Source: Dimorphilus gyrociliatus
Taxonomy: Eukaryota; Animalia; Annelida
Assembly: GCA_904063045.1 (NCBI GenBank)
Contig: CAJFCJ010000016.1
Coordinates: forward strand, 434,001-498,000
DNA: 64,000 nt
Direction: 5' to 3'
Both the position numbers and the translations under genes were made by a program. The notes beneath the pieces were generated by a model. That model was not told the DNA's origin and did no database searches. It saw nothing but the letters and a program-made list of their open reading frames with translations. Shown here piece by piece: positions 33,492 through 47,201 of the stretch (its first letter is position 1; every line of letters starts with the position of its first letter).

Positions 33492-35179
33492 TTTTATTTT
33501 CTTCGAGCCTATTTTCCTTATATTTGATTAATCTCGATCACGTGACTTTTACCATATCTTACTAAGAGGTCAATGTCATTTCAATGTTGACTATTCAAAG
33601 AACCTTTTATTAATTAGCGAGCTATTGCGAATGGAAAATTCGAATGGGAGGGTTTTTATTTAAATAACAGCACATTGTATTTACATCGATTAGTTAATTT
33701 TCAAGTGGCTGATTCTTTATATATTTTGTTACGTGCACGTCTGTTTCCCGTTTAGAGAATCGATAATTAAACCAACGAATATAGGATAGATTCTCTCCCT
33801 GTTCCCTTATTTTTTTTACTCTTTTTCACAAGAACAGCCTTTCAACCGTTCACTTCTTCCTCTAAGTATACAAATGTATATTAAGCAATTAAGCGTATTT
33901 TTTTAGATTATTTGTTCATTTTTTATAAAGAATATTGATTTCAGTAACTTAAAAAAACTGATGAACTTGAACTTGCTTACGTAGATATTTTATCGCTCTT
34001 TTTTATTATTATTATATATATATAGCAGATATTTTTTATAGTTGATCACGTGATTATTACTTTTTTTTCAAATTAGCTCGTCGTTATTCAGTAAATTTCT
34101 TCATGATCAATTCGTTTTTCTATCGATTATCACACATAAATTTCCATTATCTTGAAAAAGACTTATTGACTTGCATAGTTGATCACGTTTGATTATAGAG
34201 ATAAAATCTAATTTTATAATTGATTTACATCTCTTAATAAATTTTTACAAAGATTATTGTTTTATATATATATATATGTAGAATGTTTATTTGCGCATTA
34301 TGCAAAGGTAAAGAGAAATTACCTAATTACATAAATCATCTTAGATGGAATAAAAATCTGGCCAAGTATATATTTTCAGTTATGTCAGATATTTATGAAC
34401 CCTCTCTCTCTCTCTCTTTTGTTTTTAAATAGATGATTGCAGTTGAAGGAAAGTAAGCTAGCCAGTGAGAGAGAGTGAGAAAAATAGAGGGTGGGGGTTA
34501 GGAGGCGAGTCTGTTAAAAAATATCAATTGCTGTAAAATGTCAGCCGTCCGAGTTGATGCCAAGTGTCTAATTTAGATAAATTATTATAATATACTCGAT
34601 TGATTAACTAGGTTAAAAAAGCTCACTATCGCTCTAGGCTGAAATCGGACCGTCATAAATCCCAATTTTCTTTTCCTTAACTTTATGCTCAAAGGCATTT
34701 TGCAACAGATCAACAGTTTTGAGCTATTCATCATTTTTATAAAGTTAACTTTCTATTCCCAGGAAGCCAGCTTATGTTATAGAAAGGTAAAGAGAAATGA
34801 TGTAACATCAAAATATATTGCACAATACTCGGCAAACGCTTACATTTTTTTTAATAAATATTAACAATGATAAGAAATAAGAAAAAAATGAATTTGAATT
34901 ATCAATCGAACATGGTCTAGAAGAAACTGAGATAGTGAATAATAAATAAAAAAGAGACTGTCAAAATGAAATTGTGAGATTGCTATCAACTGAAATTAGA
35001 TCGGAGGTGAAAGTTATTAATTAATTTAAGAAGAAAAAATAATTACAAATCTTTTCTTATTCATTTATTTATATTTTTGTTCTATAACGTCTTCTTGTTT
35101 TATTCTTTTTTATATTGTTGCATATTTTTTGCGGTGTTACATATTCTTTATGAACACAGTTTTTTTAAAGAAATATTTT

Positions 35180-37623
35180 TCAACCAATCATCAATCCTAA
35201 ACCAAATCTAAAAGTTTGCTTGACGTGATTAGCCCATCCACTCATCTGGAAAGTGAAGGGAAGAGGGGGCAATTTCTTTTCGAAAACAGCGCCTACTTGG
35301 TAATTACTGTCGATTTGGCCTGTAGGAATAGAAGAGACATTTTACATAAGATAAAAAATAGCAACCTTCGAAATTTACGCTAAATTATTACCTCTGAAAG
35401 TAAGATGAGCCTGGGGAAGATCGACTTGATAGCCTATGGTCGCTGTACATTCTTTAGTTCTCTGATTGCTTTCGATTTCTCCAGCGATCTGATAAGAAAT
35501 AATGTAAAAATAATAAATGAGCTATGCTAGTAAAATAAATAATTAAAGCTGTAACTGTCTACTCTTCTTATAAACATTTAAATCGCTATTAAATAAGATG
35601 AAAGAAGTAACGTAAAGAATAATGAAAAAAAGAAATTGTAAAATTTGCGGAGAATGTTCCCTAAGTAGGGCAGAGGTCGAATCCGAAATTTTTAGCTGAT
35701 AACTTAAATACTGCCACCTTTTCTTTATAAAATGAAAAAATTCCTAAATTATTTACTTTAACAAGATAAATACGGTTAGTTATCCATTTTTATTTGGATA
35801 AATGAAAATATCAAGCAGTCTTAATAACAAAGTGTATCGTTTCATCGTTTCGACTGAGAAATGTTCCAAGCTGACAAGAAAGCTTTCTTTTTATATTATA
35901 AAAAAATTGTTATTTAATATCTAAAAATGTATCGCAAAAAAGATTCTGTAACTTTATAAAACTAATTAACCACGCTCTATTTCAACGGAATTTAATAAGG
36001 GCTTTGTGGAAAAAACTGAGGCCTCTACTACCACTCGTTTGTCATAATTAATATCCTATAGAAGACTTTCTAAACCTCTCTTTGGAACTTTATAATCTTA
36101 ATTCACTTATATAAACTTATTCTTTCTTCGTAAATATTCCAATTCCGTTATGTCTTTTATGTTGTAACGATCTCACGCATCATCCAAATCTTTCTAAATT
36201 ACTGAGTACTTTAATAATAGTTTTCATGTTGACTTAGATCGTAACTATAATTATTTTCGAATGATAAAAAGAAATATTTTATACTAAAAGGAAAAGACAA
36301 AATTTTATAGCCTTCTTAAAGAATAACTTTTTTTTATTCTTTCGGGCTCTGCTCCCTTTCATTCTCCATCACTATAAGTGCTTGCTTATTTGTGTGTTTT
36401 ACGAGTCGTAGAAATAAACCATCTAATATTCCCTAGAGTTATATATAAGTAGCTTACCTGAAGACTTTCATTCAGCTTTCTATGAAAACAACCGTGTATA
36501 CTACTTTCCGATAGAGAAAATAAAGTTAAGTTTCCACTGAATGTCCAAGGTCCTCTCACATATCGCCCACCAACAGATACAACTCCCATTTGACCTCCAG
36601 GAACATTAGGGCTTCTTTGATAGATCCATTCAGCACCCATATCCAGATTTTTAGTAATATTTTGTAAATAATGAGCTACTAAAACTCCCGATTCTGTCAT
36701 CAAATCAGGATTGCCAATAGTTACGGTTGCTGTGTAATTGTAGCCCCTGATGTCATTGGCCAGCTGAGAAATAGCCCACTTTTTATTTTGAATTTGGGTA
36801 ACAAATTTAGTACGAATGTTATCGGTAAACTGATGAATTATATTAGCATTTACATTTCCCGAGCTTGGTTCAATATCTCCTAGTAAAACAGGGAAAGCTT
36901 CGTTAGGTGATATCTGCTTTGTTCCTACGTAGGTTGCGCCAAATTTATAGCACGATTGTTGCAGTGAAGACAAGGTCAGCGAATGGTTTATTTGAAAATG
37001 GTTCGATAAACCCTTATTCACAACGAGTCTGGCTCCTTCGAAAGGGTTAGGGAAAACATCTGTAGGTTAAATAATCTAGTATTAATATAAACATACGGAA
37101 AAAAAGAACGATTTCCTTTTTTTATTATTTAAAATTGTATAAACATTATCCTTTTCCAAGAACAGAATAATAAAATCTCTATAAACCCCGTATTTCTCTC
37201 AGCTAATTGCTTAATTTATCTTCCAAGTTGTTTTAGGATTTGTTATCATTATTAGTTCGTATATATCATTATGTACTTTATATAAATTAACTAAGCGTTT
37301 ATAAATGCTCTGCTTATTTTAGTAGGCTTTTTTTTCAATTCTCTCATCTTTCAACAAAGAGCGTGGTGATCCACGCTGTTTAGCTTCTTCAGTAAATAAA
37401 TTATCCCATGATATTGAACAATCCCAATTATATGAAAATTTACATTTTTTATTGCATATTAGCTAATTGTACCTCGAGTTTTTTTATGAATGTCTTCAAA
37501 GGTCCCAGGATTTCTTCCAGAGTCTCCCGAGTCCTGCGGTACCTTATTATCGTCGATATCTGCCGGTTGATTGGTTGGCGGCGCAGGAGTTACCAAAGGC
37601 GGAGTTGGTGGTGCTGATGCCAT
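35180..37623 (-). CDS. TOMM40: Mitochondrial import receptor subunit Tom40, 4 exons
   Basis: NPGTFEDIHKK..VFPNPFEGARLVVNKGLSNHFQINH, FGATYVGTKQ, AHYLQNIT, ATIGYQVDLP and the C-terminal FEKKLPPLPFTF..WANHVKQTFRFGLGLMIG*. Confidence 0.95.
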
Positions 37624-37913
37624 TATATTTGTAAATACTTTATTTACTGTTTAAAAGTTTAAGGAATAATATGAATTTCACAAGATTTTAGATTTCTCGT
37701 GTGCCCTTGGAGGCCGCCATTAAATGATGAACTCTTGGTTTTTATTGGCTGATATCTACATGTGACATAAAATTGAAAACTGGTAGGTTTGACCTCCAAT
37801 TTTTTTTGTCATTTTAGTATATCTCACTGTTAAACACGTGCTTTTACGAAATATTACTCGTGACCTCATTAATACTTTGAATCACCTATTATCGCTCCAA
37901 CAGAGGTTTCAAA
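37624..37913. promoter_or_regulatory. 290-bp bidirectional promoter TOMM40/MRPS33 (YY1-like GCCGCCATT 37713, ATTGG 37744, CACGTG 37835)
   Basis: Divergent ATGs at 37623 and 37914, with motif matches. Confidence 0.6.
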
Positions 37914-38387
37914 ATGGCCTTGTCTAACTACGCCAGAAGGATGGCTAAATTAAGCTCTAGAATATTCAGCGAAGCATCGGTACCGGTAAACATGAAAAAG
38001 AATGCAGATGTTGTCAATACATTTCAGTAAGTTGAAGCTGTACTTTAGGGAAAAAGTTCATATTAACTGAATGACATCTTCTCCAGAGCTCAACCACACA
38101 ATCATAATAGAGCCATAACTGATTATTACCCAAGACACGTGGAAATTACTTCCTTATTTAAAAAACTCAGATTTCTTGGATTATACAGGTTCAGTGTTAA
38201 AACTATATAGTTTGCTTAATTGACTCTTTTACAATTTATTGACAACAATCATTGGTAAAATAAATTTCTCAATAGAGATGAACATCAAGATTTCGCAGAC
38301 GAAATGAAAAGATTAAGAGCACTTAGAGGAAAAGTAAAGCCAAAGAAAGGAGAAGGAAAGCGAGCTGTAAAAAGAAAAGTTGGTTGA
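37914..38387 (+). CDS. MRPS33: Mitochondrial small-subunit ribosomal protein S33, 3 exons (not in ORF track)
   Basis: Spliced product: [73 protein letters not shown]. Confidence 0.93.
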
Positions 38388-38684
38388 ATAAATAAAGCTT
38401 GCTGTGTATATTTGTTATTTTAAATTTTATTGTTCAATCATTGGATGTTTTATTGAATAGAAACAAAATATATATATATATATCTGTAAACTTGGCAAAA
38501 ATCTGTTGAAACAATCAAAAAATATGGGGCTGAAGAAGGAGGATGAAAGAAAAAAAAAATAAAGAGAAAGTACCACTTTACAGCTTAAGAGAAAGGTTTA
38601 TGTTTGTATGTGTGGCGTAAACGTGAAAAAAAAAAAAATAAGCAAAAGTATTGCTATTTTCGAAAAAAGAAAATATAGAACACT

Positions 38685-39568
38685 TTAAAATTTTTTTAGA
38701 AATTCTTCAGCTGTTATCCTTCCCCAAGAATTAACTGTCAGTTTCATATCACTGATTTCCTTATCAATTTCTTCCATAAAATGCACTACGAAATCTACTA
38801 ATTTGTGCTTGAACATTTGTTCCGTATGAAAGTTAGTTATGAGGAAACTAATATCGTATCCCTAAATAGAAATAATCGTTTAGATAAATATTATTTAATA
38901 TACAAAAAATATGATCAATACTCTATTACCTCAACTGGTTTTCGTCTGAGAACAAAAAAGTTCTCTGCTCTCATCATCATAAATCTCATAAACTTCTTAC
39001 AGAGAATCTTTTCGATGTCATCGGCCTGGAACGAAAAAACAATCCACTTAATGCTTCACCTTTCGAATAGTTTATTGTTTTTCTCTTACCTGTTTTATAG
39101 CAATGCTCACTCTAACGCTGTTCACTGATCCTTCAATTAAAACCTTTTCCTTTTCATTCCTACTGATCACTACTGGCGTTAGAAGTAATTCTTTGCTGGA
39201 TCTGTTTGTTATAAAAATGTTAAGGTGACTTCCTGGAGTAGGCGTATATGAGAGCTTACTTTATCTCTACTTCAGGCTTATTATGGCGTTCTACGACCTG
39301 AGACGAGAAATTTTCTAGACATAATGCTGCTGTTAAAGTTCTTCTTACAGCATCCAAATATGGTTGAAGACCAACTGCCTGAAAGAAGGAAGTTTGAGCG
39401 ATAACACATTGAGTAAGCAATTTTCACTGATCCCTAGTTTATTATAACACTACACGAGTAAATTTACGATAAATATGATTAAAAGTACTATTTAGATTAT
39501 TAATAATAAATTCAAATATCTAAAAAGTAGTAGTTTGAGAAAAAATTTACTTGTTTTCCGGAACTCAT
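38685..39568 (-). CDS. ARPC4: Arp2/3 complex subunit 4 (p20-Arc), 5 exons (not in ORF track)
   Basis: [111 protein letters not shown]. Confidence 0.96.
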
Positions 39569-40039
39569 CTTACTATCGACCTTAACCTTCACACGCCTAT
39601 GTTTTCTAACAATTTTCGTATTTTATGCATAATGTTTAACCAACAGACTAATTAAAAGGACTATTTATCACAAGTAAAATAAGTTTATACGAAGACAAAA
39701 TTATATTAAACTACTTCCTGTAAATGGAAAGGGGTTTGTTTCTAAATAATTCTCTTTACTTCCTCAGTTTGTCATAAATAGGCAAAATCGTTAAAATAAT
39801 AAGAGGTTTAAATAATGCACAAGAAATTCTAAAGAACTATAAGTTTTACTTAAATCATATTTATTCTATAGGAATTATATTTATTAATCTAAATGAAATA
39901 TTTATTATTCTTCCAAATAAATATTATAGTTAATTCTGCAGAAATTCCTAACGAACATTCTCTAAATAATCTAACAATTAAAAGATGTATTAACTACTTT
40001 TAACAGACGATAGAGAAAAAACAATATAACATTTATTAA

Positions 40040-40438
40040 ATGGCGGAGAAACAAGAAACAGCCGGCCCTCCAAATGTCGAGAGGGCTGTCGAAGCGACAG
40101 AACCACCTAGAAAAGATATAGAAAAATTATGTAAAGAGACTTTTAATAAGACTTCGTTATATCTTGAAGGTGAATTGAAAATTACAGCCGAAGAGTATTT
40201 ATTATTAGAAAATATGAATAGGACTACAACAAAAAAATACGACGAAATGAGAATGATTGCAAAACAAGTGGATTTATCTTTAAAAGAACTAATGGAAAAA
40301 TATAATTCTCTTCAACCTTTTCTAGAGCAATTAGATCAAATAGAAAAGAGTGTAACATCTCTAGAACAAACTGCTTATCAATTAGACGCCTATTGCAAGA
40401 AATTAGAGACGAAATATAAAAAATTAGAGAGAAAATGA
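40040..40438 (+). CDS. BLOC1S2: Biogenesis of lysosome-related organelles complex 1 subunit 2, single coding exon
   Basis: F.KTSLYLEGEL..TAEEYLLLENMN..T.KKY..M, LQPFLEQLDQIEKSVTSLEQTAYQLDAYCKKLE.KYKKL. Confidence 0.9.
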   Translation: MAEKQETAGPPNVERAVEATEPPRKDIEKLCKETFNKTSLYLEGELKITAEEYLLLENMNRTTTKKYDEMRMIAKQVDLSLKELMEKYNSLQPFLEQLDQIEKSVTSLEQTAYQLDAYCKKLETKYKKLERK

Positions 40439-41307
40439 TAAAAGTTTATTCCTTCTTCTCTTCTTCAACAACTTTATCCTTCATTTAGCCCTAACGATAA
40501 TATATACTAATTAGACTAATTAACGTTGAAAAGAATTTATTAGATGATAAATTGAAAGACTAATAAATCAAATTCTTCGATAGCGCTTACGTTGTTGTCG
40601 TTGTTGTTGTTTTTCTCTATCAATTTTTCTTCCCCGAAAGGTGTTTATATTGATATTCTCTTCTTTCTCTCTGCAATATAAAATTTAAATAATTCATGAT
40701 TTTCTATTTTGTTACAATAAAACTTTAGGATTGTTTGTAGATAAGAAAATATATAGAGATCTTTATCAAGTAAGTGTACAATGAATTATGAATTAGCTTA
40801 GAAGTAGAATTGTTTTTTAAAAAAAAAGGAGGGGGGAAGGAGGGAGGGAAAGATTAAGAGAGAGAGAAAAAACAAAATTCCAGGAAATTGCAGACGAATA
40901 GTTCCAGATTTTTTTCTAATGAAATATAGTACATTTGTTGGAGAATGTTATATAAGTTGTATTAATAAATTAAGGTTTTTAAGGCGTAAACACATGATGA
41001 ATACAGATTTTATCGGAAACGATTATAAATCACAAACACGTGTCTGCCTAGAAGTAACATTCTAACGTCTTGGCATAATAGAATACAAACGGAACACTGA
41101 CAGAACGCGTTTTTCATCCCAAACCGATCGCCTGTTTTCTCTGTGTATAGAATATCGTTTACTCTACCGCAATTCGACGCCTAATAAAAGCTAAAGGCGG
41201 TAGTATCGCGCCGTCTGTCCCGCTACTTCCTCTACTTGTTTTAATTACAAACCAGTAAAAAAAGCTTTAGGGTATAAGGCTCGTCTGCGGTTAAAAAAAG
41301 GGAGATT

Positions 41308-43568
41308 ATGGCCTTTTTCTTGATAATCAGGGCAGTGTTTGTGCGAGCTTTATTCGCTTGTCATGGAATGGCCTCCATATGGCATCTTTATATGGTAACA
41401 GGAATTAAAGAATTTTGGTCTCTTTGCCTAGCACTTCTAGGACTCTTAATGGAAACTTTTGCAACTATACACTTTCATAGAGGAAAGGAATATAAATGGT
41501 AAGTTTCATATCCACTTAAATAAGAAATAGGAGAAAGATAATATCATATGTTCTTAATCTGTCTCATCTTTCTGCTTTTCCTTACAAGAGGAGATTTTCC
41601 ATTAATCATTACTTAAACACGTTATGCTTGTTATGCTGTATATATGTAAAAGTTTTTAGAAAAACACTGAATTAAATAGGCCTGACTTAGGTTTAGTCCA
41701 AGCGTTTTCTTCTATCTACTTTCAACCGTTCCGGCAATCTGGTGTTTGGAATTATTCGAGCTGGATAAAAGGATAAAAGAAGTAAGAGTATAACATATTC
41801 TCTGTATACTTGAATAGTATAAATCAATAATCTACCATTTGTTTGTCTTGTTTGTCCAGGGTGGGAAGGATAATTCAAGCTTTTTTGGGATAGAAACAGT
41901 ACCAAACATAACTGGTTTAGAGGCTCTAATAGGGGTAAGTAAACGATACGGATTAACGATTATTTCAGTAATACATTATATAAATAGTTGAATAATTGGA
42001 CAGTATTTTCATCTTAATGTCTAGTAGTAAATGAATAATCATGTGAAATTTGGTTTTCTTAGTAAATAACAATTGTTTGATGGAGAATATTTACGTACAC
42101 TACTAATAATTATTCATTTAGAATAATTAGAATTTCAGATTATTAAATATATCTCATACAGTTCTTATATTAATTCAATAATTCAATATGGAAATTGATG
42201 AATTTGCTAAGAAAACAGAATCGTAATATTTGCGTATTTAAATAGCTTGAAAACTTTTCAAAAGGTTATGCAAATGATTATCACGGTTAATATATACAGT
42301 ATATTATTATATTACATCTTTTTAAAGGTTTCTATCCGTTTTCATTCCATTTTTCTTATTTTATCATCCATTTCTATATTTATAGACTGTATATTATTAA
42401 AAATATGAAATTTATATGGATTTCATCAGGTAAAAAACTTGTATCCAATTCAGCCTGAACGTATTATCTTTGCTATTAGAAAAAATATTCATGTGTATTT
42501 AAGGTTCAGTAATTTGTTTATTATTACAATATCATATCAATGATTATTGTATATTTAAAAATTTAGACTGGGAAAAGGAATATTCAATTAATGAAAGAGA
42601 GAGATGGAATAATGGATTTTATGTTTTTGATACTTTATTATCACTTTTTCTTTTCTCTTTTATAGGATATTCCCGTGAAAATTCCTATAAATCTTTCGTC
42701 TGAACAATGGCTGACAGTCCTTGAGCAATTTCTTCTTCTATTACTTATTATAGGTCGGTGGATTCTTCCCAAAGGCAAATTGACTAGAGATCAACTTAGT
42801 CAATTATTGCTTGTATATATTGGAACTGCAGCTGATATAGTGGAATTTTTTGAAGCGTTTAAAGAAGAAACAGTTAAATATAATAGGCTATTGTCTTGTA
42901 TGATCTTAGGAATATGGTCTTGGTCGCTTCTCCAATTTACAATAGTACTCACAGCAACAAAGGTACGTATTTAAAAAATTGAAATAGTAATGAGAAATAA
43001 ATTTCCAATCAATTAAAGGCCAGGAAAGATCATTGCGGAATTGTCGTTAGACCGTCTAGATTCGAAGTTAAATCAGAGATTTTCGATAGATGCTGTACAC
43101 CAGACGTTTATGGGATTATTATATCTATATTGATGCAAGATTTGCCATTTCTGGTTCTAAGATTATTGTTAATTATTCATTATCAAGTTAGAAGTTATAG
43201 TAATTTCTTCTTCACTTGTAAAAATACACTAGTCATACTGTTATTAATTTATCGATTAATCGTAATTCAGGTAATCTGATTTTTTTCATCTTTCTTAAAG
43301 AATATTAATATATTTACATTCTTCTTATTACCTCTCTCTCCCTCTCGTTCTCCTCGCTAAGATTGAAAGGCGACGTCAAAGATTAGAGCAATCATCAAAT
43401 ATTAATTTACAGCAGGAAAAATTACAGCCACCTGAAAGGGAGAATTCTAGTTTTATCCAGATGGCATCACCTCTAATAAAAAGAACACCTTCAGTTGAAA
43501 GAACAATCGCAATTTGCGAAGAATTAGAAAGGGAAATGAAAGAATTATCTGACCAATGTAAAATGTAA
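41308..43568 (+). CDS. TMEM26: Transmembrane protein 26-like, multi-exon
   Basis: RALFACHG, GKEYKWFSPSVFFYL..VPAIWCLEL, LEQFLLLLLIIGRWILPKGKLTRDQLSQLLLVYIGTAADIVEFF, IWSWSLLQF, LMQDLPFL.LRL. Confidence 0.88.
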
Positions 43569-44037
43569 ACTTTTATAAAAGAAACTTTAAATCTAGAAGC
43601 ATGCGAATTAGCTTTTTTCATCTAAAAAACTATGAATTTATGTAAAACTTTGTTGAATAATACAAAATCTTATGTTTAGACATTAGTTTAATTTAATTAA
43701 ATCAAATATTTAGTTGTAAATGCATCAAGAACTAGTCTTTCTCTTTTCTAAACGGTTTAAAGTCATTATATTTGTTTGTTTCATTTCGAGAATTGATTAC
43801 TATTCTTCACGCTTTCAATTCTTTAATAAAATATGAAAAAAATGAAAATATTATTATGATTGCAAACGTAAAATATTATAAATTACTTACAGTTGGGATA
43901 ATTGTTCGCTGAGTTTTTCATTCTCTTCCAAATAGTCGCTTTCTCGGCAGTTTTTACTCTCTTTTAATCTGAATTATTATTAATAATAACAATTAAACTA
44001 TACTGCAAAAGAACTTTTGAAAGAATATATAAAATAT

Positions 44038-47000
44038 TTACATATTTTCTATTTCTTCCTTTATGAAATCGTTGTCGTTCACATGAGTTGTATCACTTTC
44101 ATCTGAATCGTCGCTCTCTTTCTCCTTCGCAAATGGCTTGGGTGGACTTTTGTAGCAGTAATAGTTGTCTTCTTCCCCTTCTTCTTCAGCTGAATCGTAA
44201 TTACTGCTTATATCCATTGTAGTCATAAACTGTTGCCCATCTTTGTCAAGATTGACAGATATCCATCTGTTTTGGTGACCTACTTTCCTCGGCGCGGCCC
44301 ATATATTGTCCATTCTCATTGAAAATGCTTCAACTTCTTCGACTCTCTGTGATTTAAACTCTTTAGATTTGCATTTTTTCGCGGAAAGACACTCTTGAAC
44401 TATAATATCGCATTGTTCGGACAAAAGTTCGATTTTGTGTTGAATATTTTGAATACTTTGTTGAATATCATTTAAATTTTCTAAGAAAGGTACAATATAT
44501 CTGAAAATACATAGAAATTTCAAATTACTATCTTTATATGAAAGATTTCAGTAATACTTTATGTAGCTATTCAAGCAGTGATGTAAATCTTGAGAATATT
44601 GAAAGGCTTTTCTAAAGTATTCGTTACATTTCATAATATTAGTAATAAGCAAATTTCTTTCTGATAAGACATTGTATTTCTCTATTTCATTTCTATTCGA
44701 ACATTCAATCTCCTTTGATAACGTTTTCGCTCTCATAAAGACTTGATAAACAGTTGAATCCCTAATTTAACAATAGCTTCAATAAAGATATTAATAAAAG
44801 TAATATAATATCTTACCATGAACTTTCTACAGAAAGTAAATCCGGAAATTTTTGATGGGAAAAAGTTTCTTTCATTTTACTATATTCAGGATTTTGAAAT
44901 TGGCTTTCAAAGTGTTTTATCTCATTTTCTAATCTATTATCTAAGTAGTTTACTTCCGAAGATACCTGCTCTAACTCTTCAGAAATATTTATACTACAAC
45001 TTTCGGATCCGTTGATGATTGTAACTAATTCAAAGGAATTTGATTTTATTGTTAATTCATTATCGAGCTTCTTAACTAATTCGTGCAGTTGGATAGAAGA
45101 TTTTTGAAAGTATTCTCTGTGTTTTTTTTTATAAATATATACTTTACATAGTAAATATTAGTATATAATCAACAATTAATTACTTACTCTACAATATTTG
45201 GTATATTAAGACATTGTCTAAACATACTTATTAAATGAGTCATATATAAGTATGCTGAGTAGGCTGATATAGATATTTCCTTAAGGTTTTTAAGATCAGA
45301 TTTTACATCAACGACATTAATTCTACGTTTCCTTTCCAGAGTTTTGAGTTGAATAGGTTTATCATTCAATGCAGTCTTATCGTTCCTCATCCCATGGGAG
45401 TTTAATTGAAAAACTAATAATGGATTTTCTTTTGTAATTGTTGTAGTATCAATAGAATGCGATTTAGAGAGAACAGTACTATTCCATATCAGTAGCAAAT
45501 TATTTGGATCAATTGAAGTTTGTTCTGACAAAATATTTGTAAACTTTTCGAAGCTGTGTAATTTGATAAGGAAAACAATTATTATAGTTTGTATACTTTC
45601 TTTAATTTGATTACAAACGTATTTTCATTGGGAACAAAAATTACATCGCTCTTCAGTTGATTTACTATTGTAATGGGTATTCGACTTTTAGTCATAATAT
45701 CGTCAACAATATAAAATAGACTATCGAAAGAGATAATTTCATTGCGATCCGTCTCTAATAGTTTGGCGAGTAGAGGCTCTATTAAAGACTTTAGAGAAGA
45801 CGATAGTCTACAATCTCGAGGTAAATGCTCCGATGTGATAAATTCAGAATTTTCAGATTTTTGATACATTGATAACACACCTTTAGGTTTTTTAGCGTGC
45901 ATTTCCACCCTAAAATTTGAACAAGTATTATAGAATAATGCATGTAGAAAATTATTGTTTTTTTTTTATAGTCATACATAGCTTCGATAGCCTTTCTGCC
46001 TCCAAAGGGCCTAAATGGTAATTCATTCGATGCACAATGATAGAAAGTACAACCTAAACTCCACAAATCAACACTTTCATCAAACGATCCACTTCTCCTA
46101 CGATCAAGCTTTGCAATTACATAAATATCCGGATGCTATTGCGTTAAAAAACACAACATAGTAGTATACATATAAGAACTAAATAATTTACTAACTAAAT
46201 ATTCATCTGTTCCATAGAGAGATTGAAAATTTTCACCTTCATCTAACTTTCTAGACGCTCCAAAATCTCCTAACTTGTAGGTTACTCTATAAGATATGGT
46301 TATATCTCAATGAAATTATTCAAAAGTATAACATTCAATAGTTTATCTTACTTTCCATTCATTTCAACGTATCTCATTATATTACCAGGTTTTATATCTC
46401 TATGAATATACTTCAAGTTACGTAAATATTTCAATCCACTGGCTGGGGCATTAATATTTATTATTATCAATATGTAATTAGGAAATGGTAATAGTATTGC
46501 AATTTTACTTCTACTTACTAACATCGCCAACAACGGTTAAAAAATCTGACTCTTCAAGTCCATAATGATTTTCCGGTCTTGCTAGATGGGTAGCTAAACT
46601 GCATTCGCATAATTCCATGATAATAGCATCTTGTTCAAGTAATTTAATCTAGAAAGATAGAATAAGAACATGGATATGAATAATTAAAGAATTTTTTTGT
46701 AATATGGAAAGATTGAAAACGAAAGTAAAGCAAAAACATTTATGACATACTCTTTCAATTCCCTTTAGTTGAACAACATTCTTATGCTTTATCGCTTTCA
46801 TAGCTGCAAATTCCCTTTTTCTATTTTTTCTATCATACTGAGAGAGTATTGTTCTTGAGAATACTTTTATTGCAACCCTTTCTCCTGTTGTCTGAAATAG
46901 AATATCACATTTCTTTCATTTTCATATTACATTTAGTATTTTAATAATTTTTCACCTTATTACGTCCTTCATAAACTGATGCAGTTGCCCCATTACCTTT

Positions 47001-47201
47001 AATGGAGCTGATCTCATTACTCCACCAATAGTTTATTGTTTCATATATTGTGGTATGACAATGCATTTCGCTCTGCAATTGAATATCGACAGTAGGTTCT
47101 ACTGCTTTTATAGTTTCATAAACTCTGTCGTCTGTTTTTGACGATTTAGTGAATCTGCCTTTAGCTTCCTTCGAGACTCTTTTAATCAAATCATATGCCA
47201 T
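44038..47201 (-). CDS. TBK1: TBK1/IKK-epsilon-type Ser/Thr kinase, multi-exon
   Basis: GNGATASVYEGRNK, VAIK, IHRDIKPGNIM, activation loop [50 protein letters not shown], then long coiled-coil exons. TBK1 versus IKBKE orthology cannot be resolved by eye. Confidence 0.87.

Noticed and set aside
35645-35690. tRNA-like fragment (CCCTAAGTAGGG..GTCGAATCC) in the large TOMM40 intron
   Set aside because: No cloverleaf, acceptor stem or box A, and the T-loop motif is incomplete.
36340-36380. Cryptic acceptor (cacttatag|TGA) in the TOMM40 intron that would give a truncated isoform
   Set aside because: Weak polypyrimidine tract and no evidence beyond an AG; common by chance.
37360-37377. Perfect 7-bp hairpin AGCGTGG-TGAT-CCACGCT in TOMM40 intron 1
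   Set aside because: Too short to assign, with no snoRNA boxes or miRNA-length stem.
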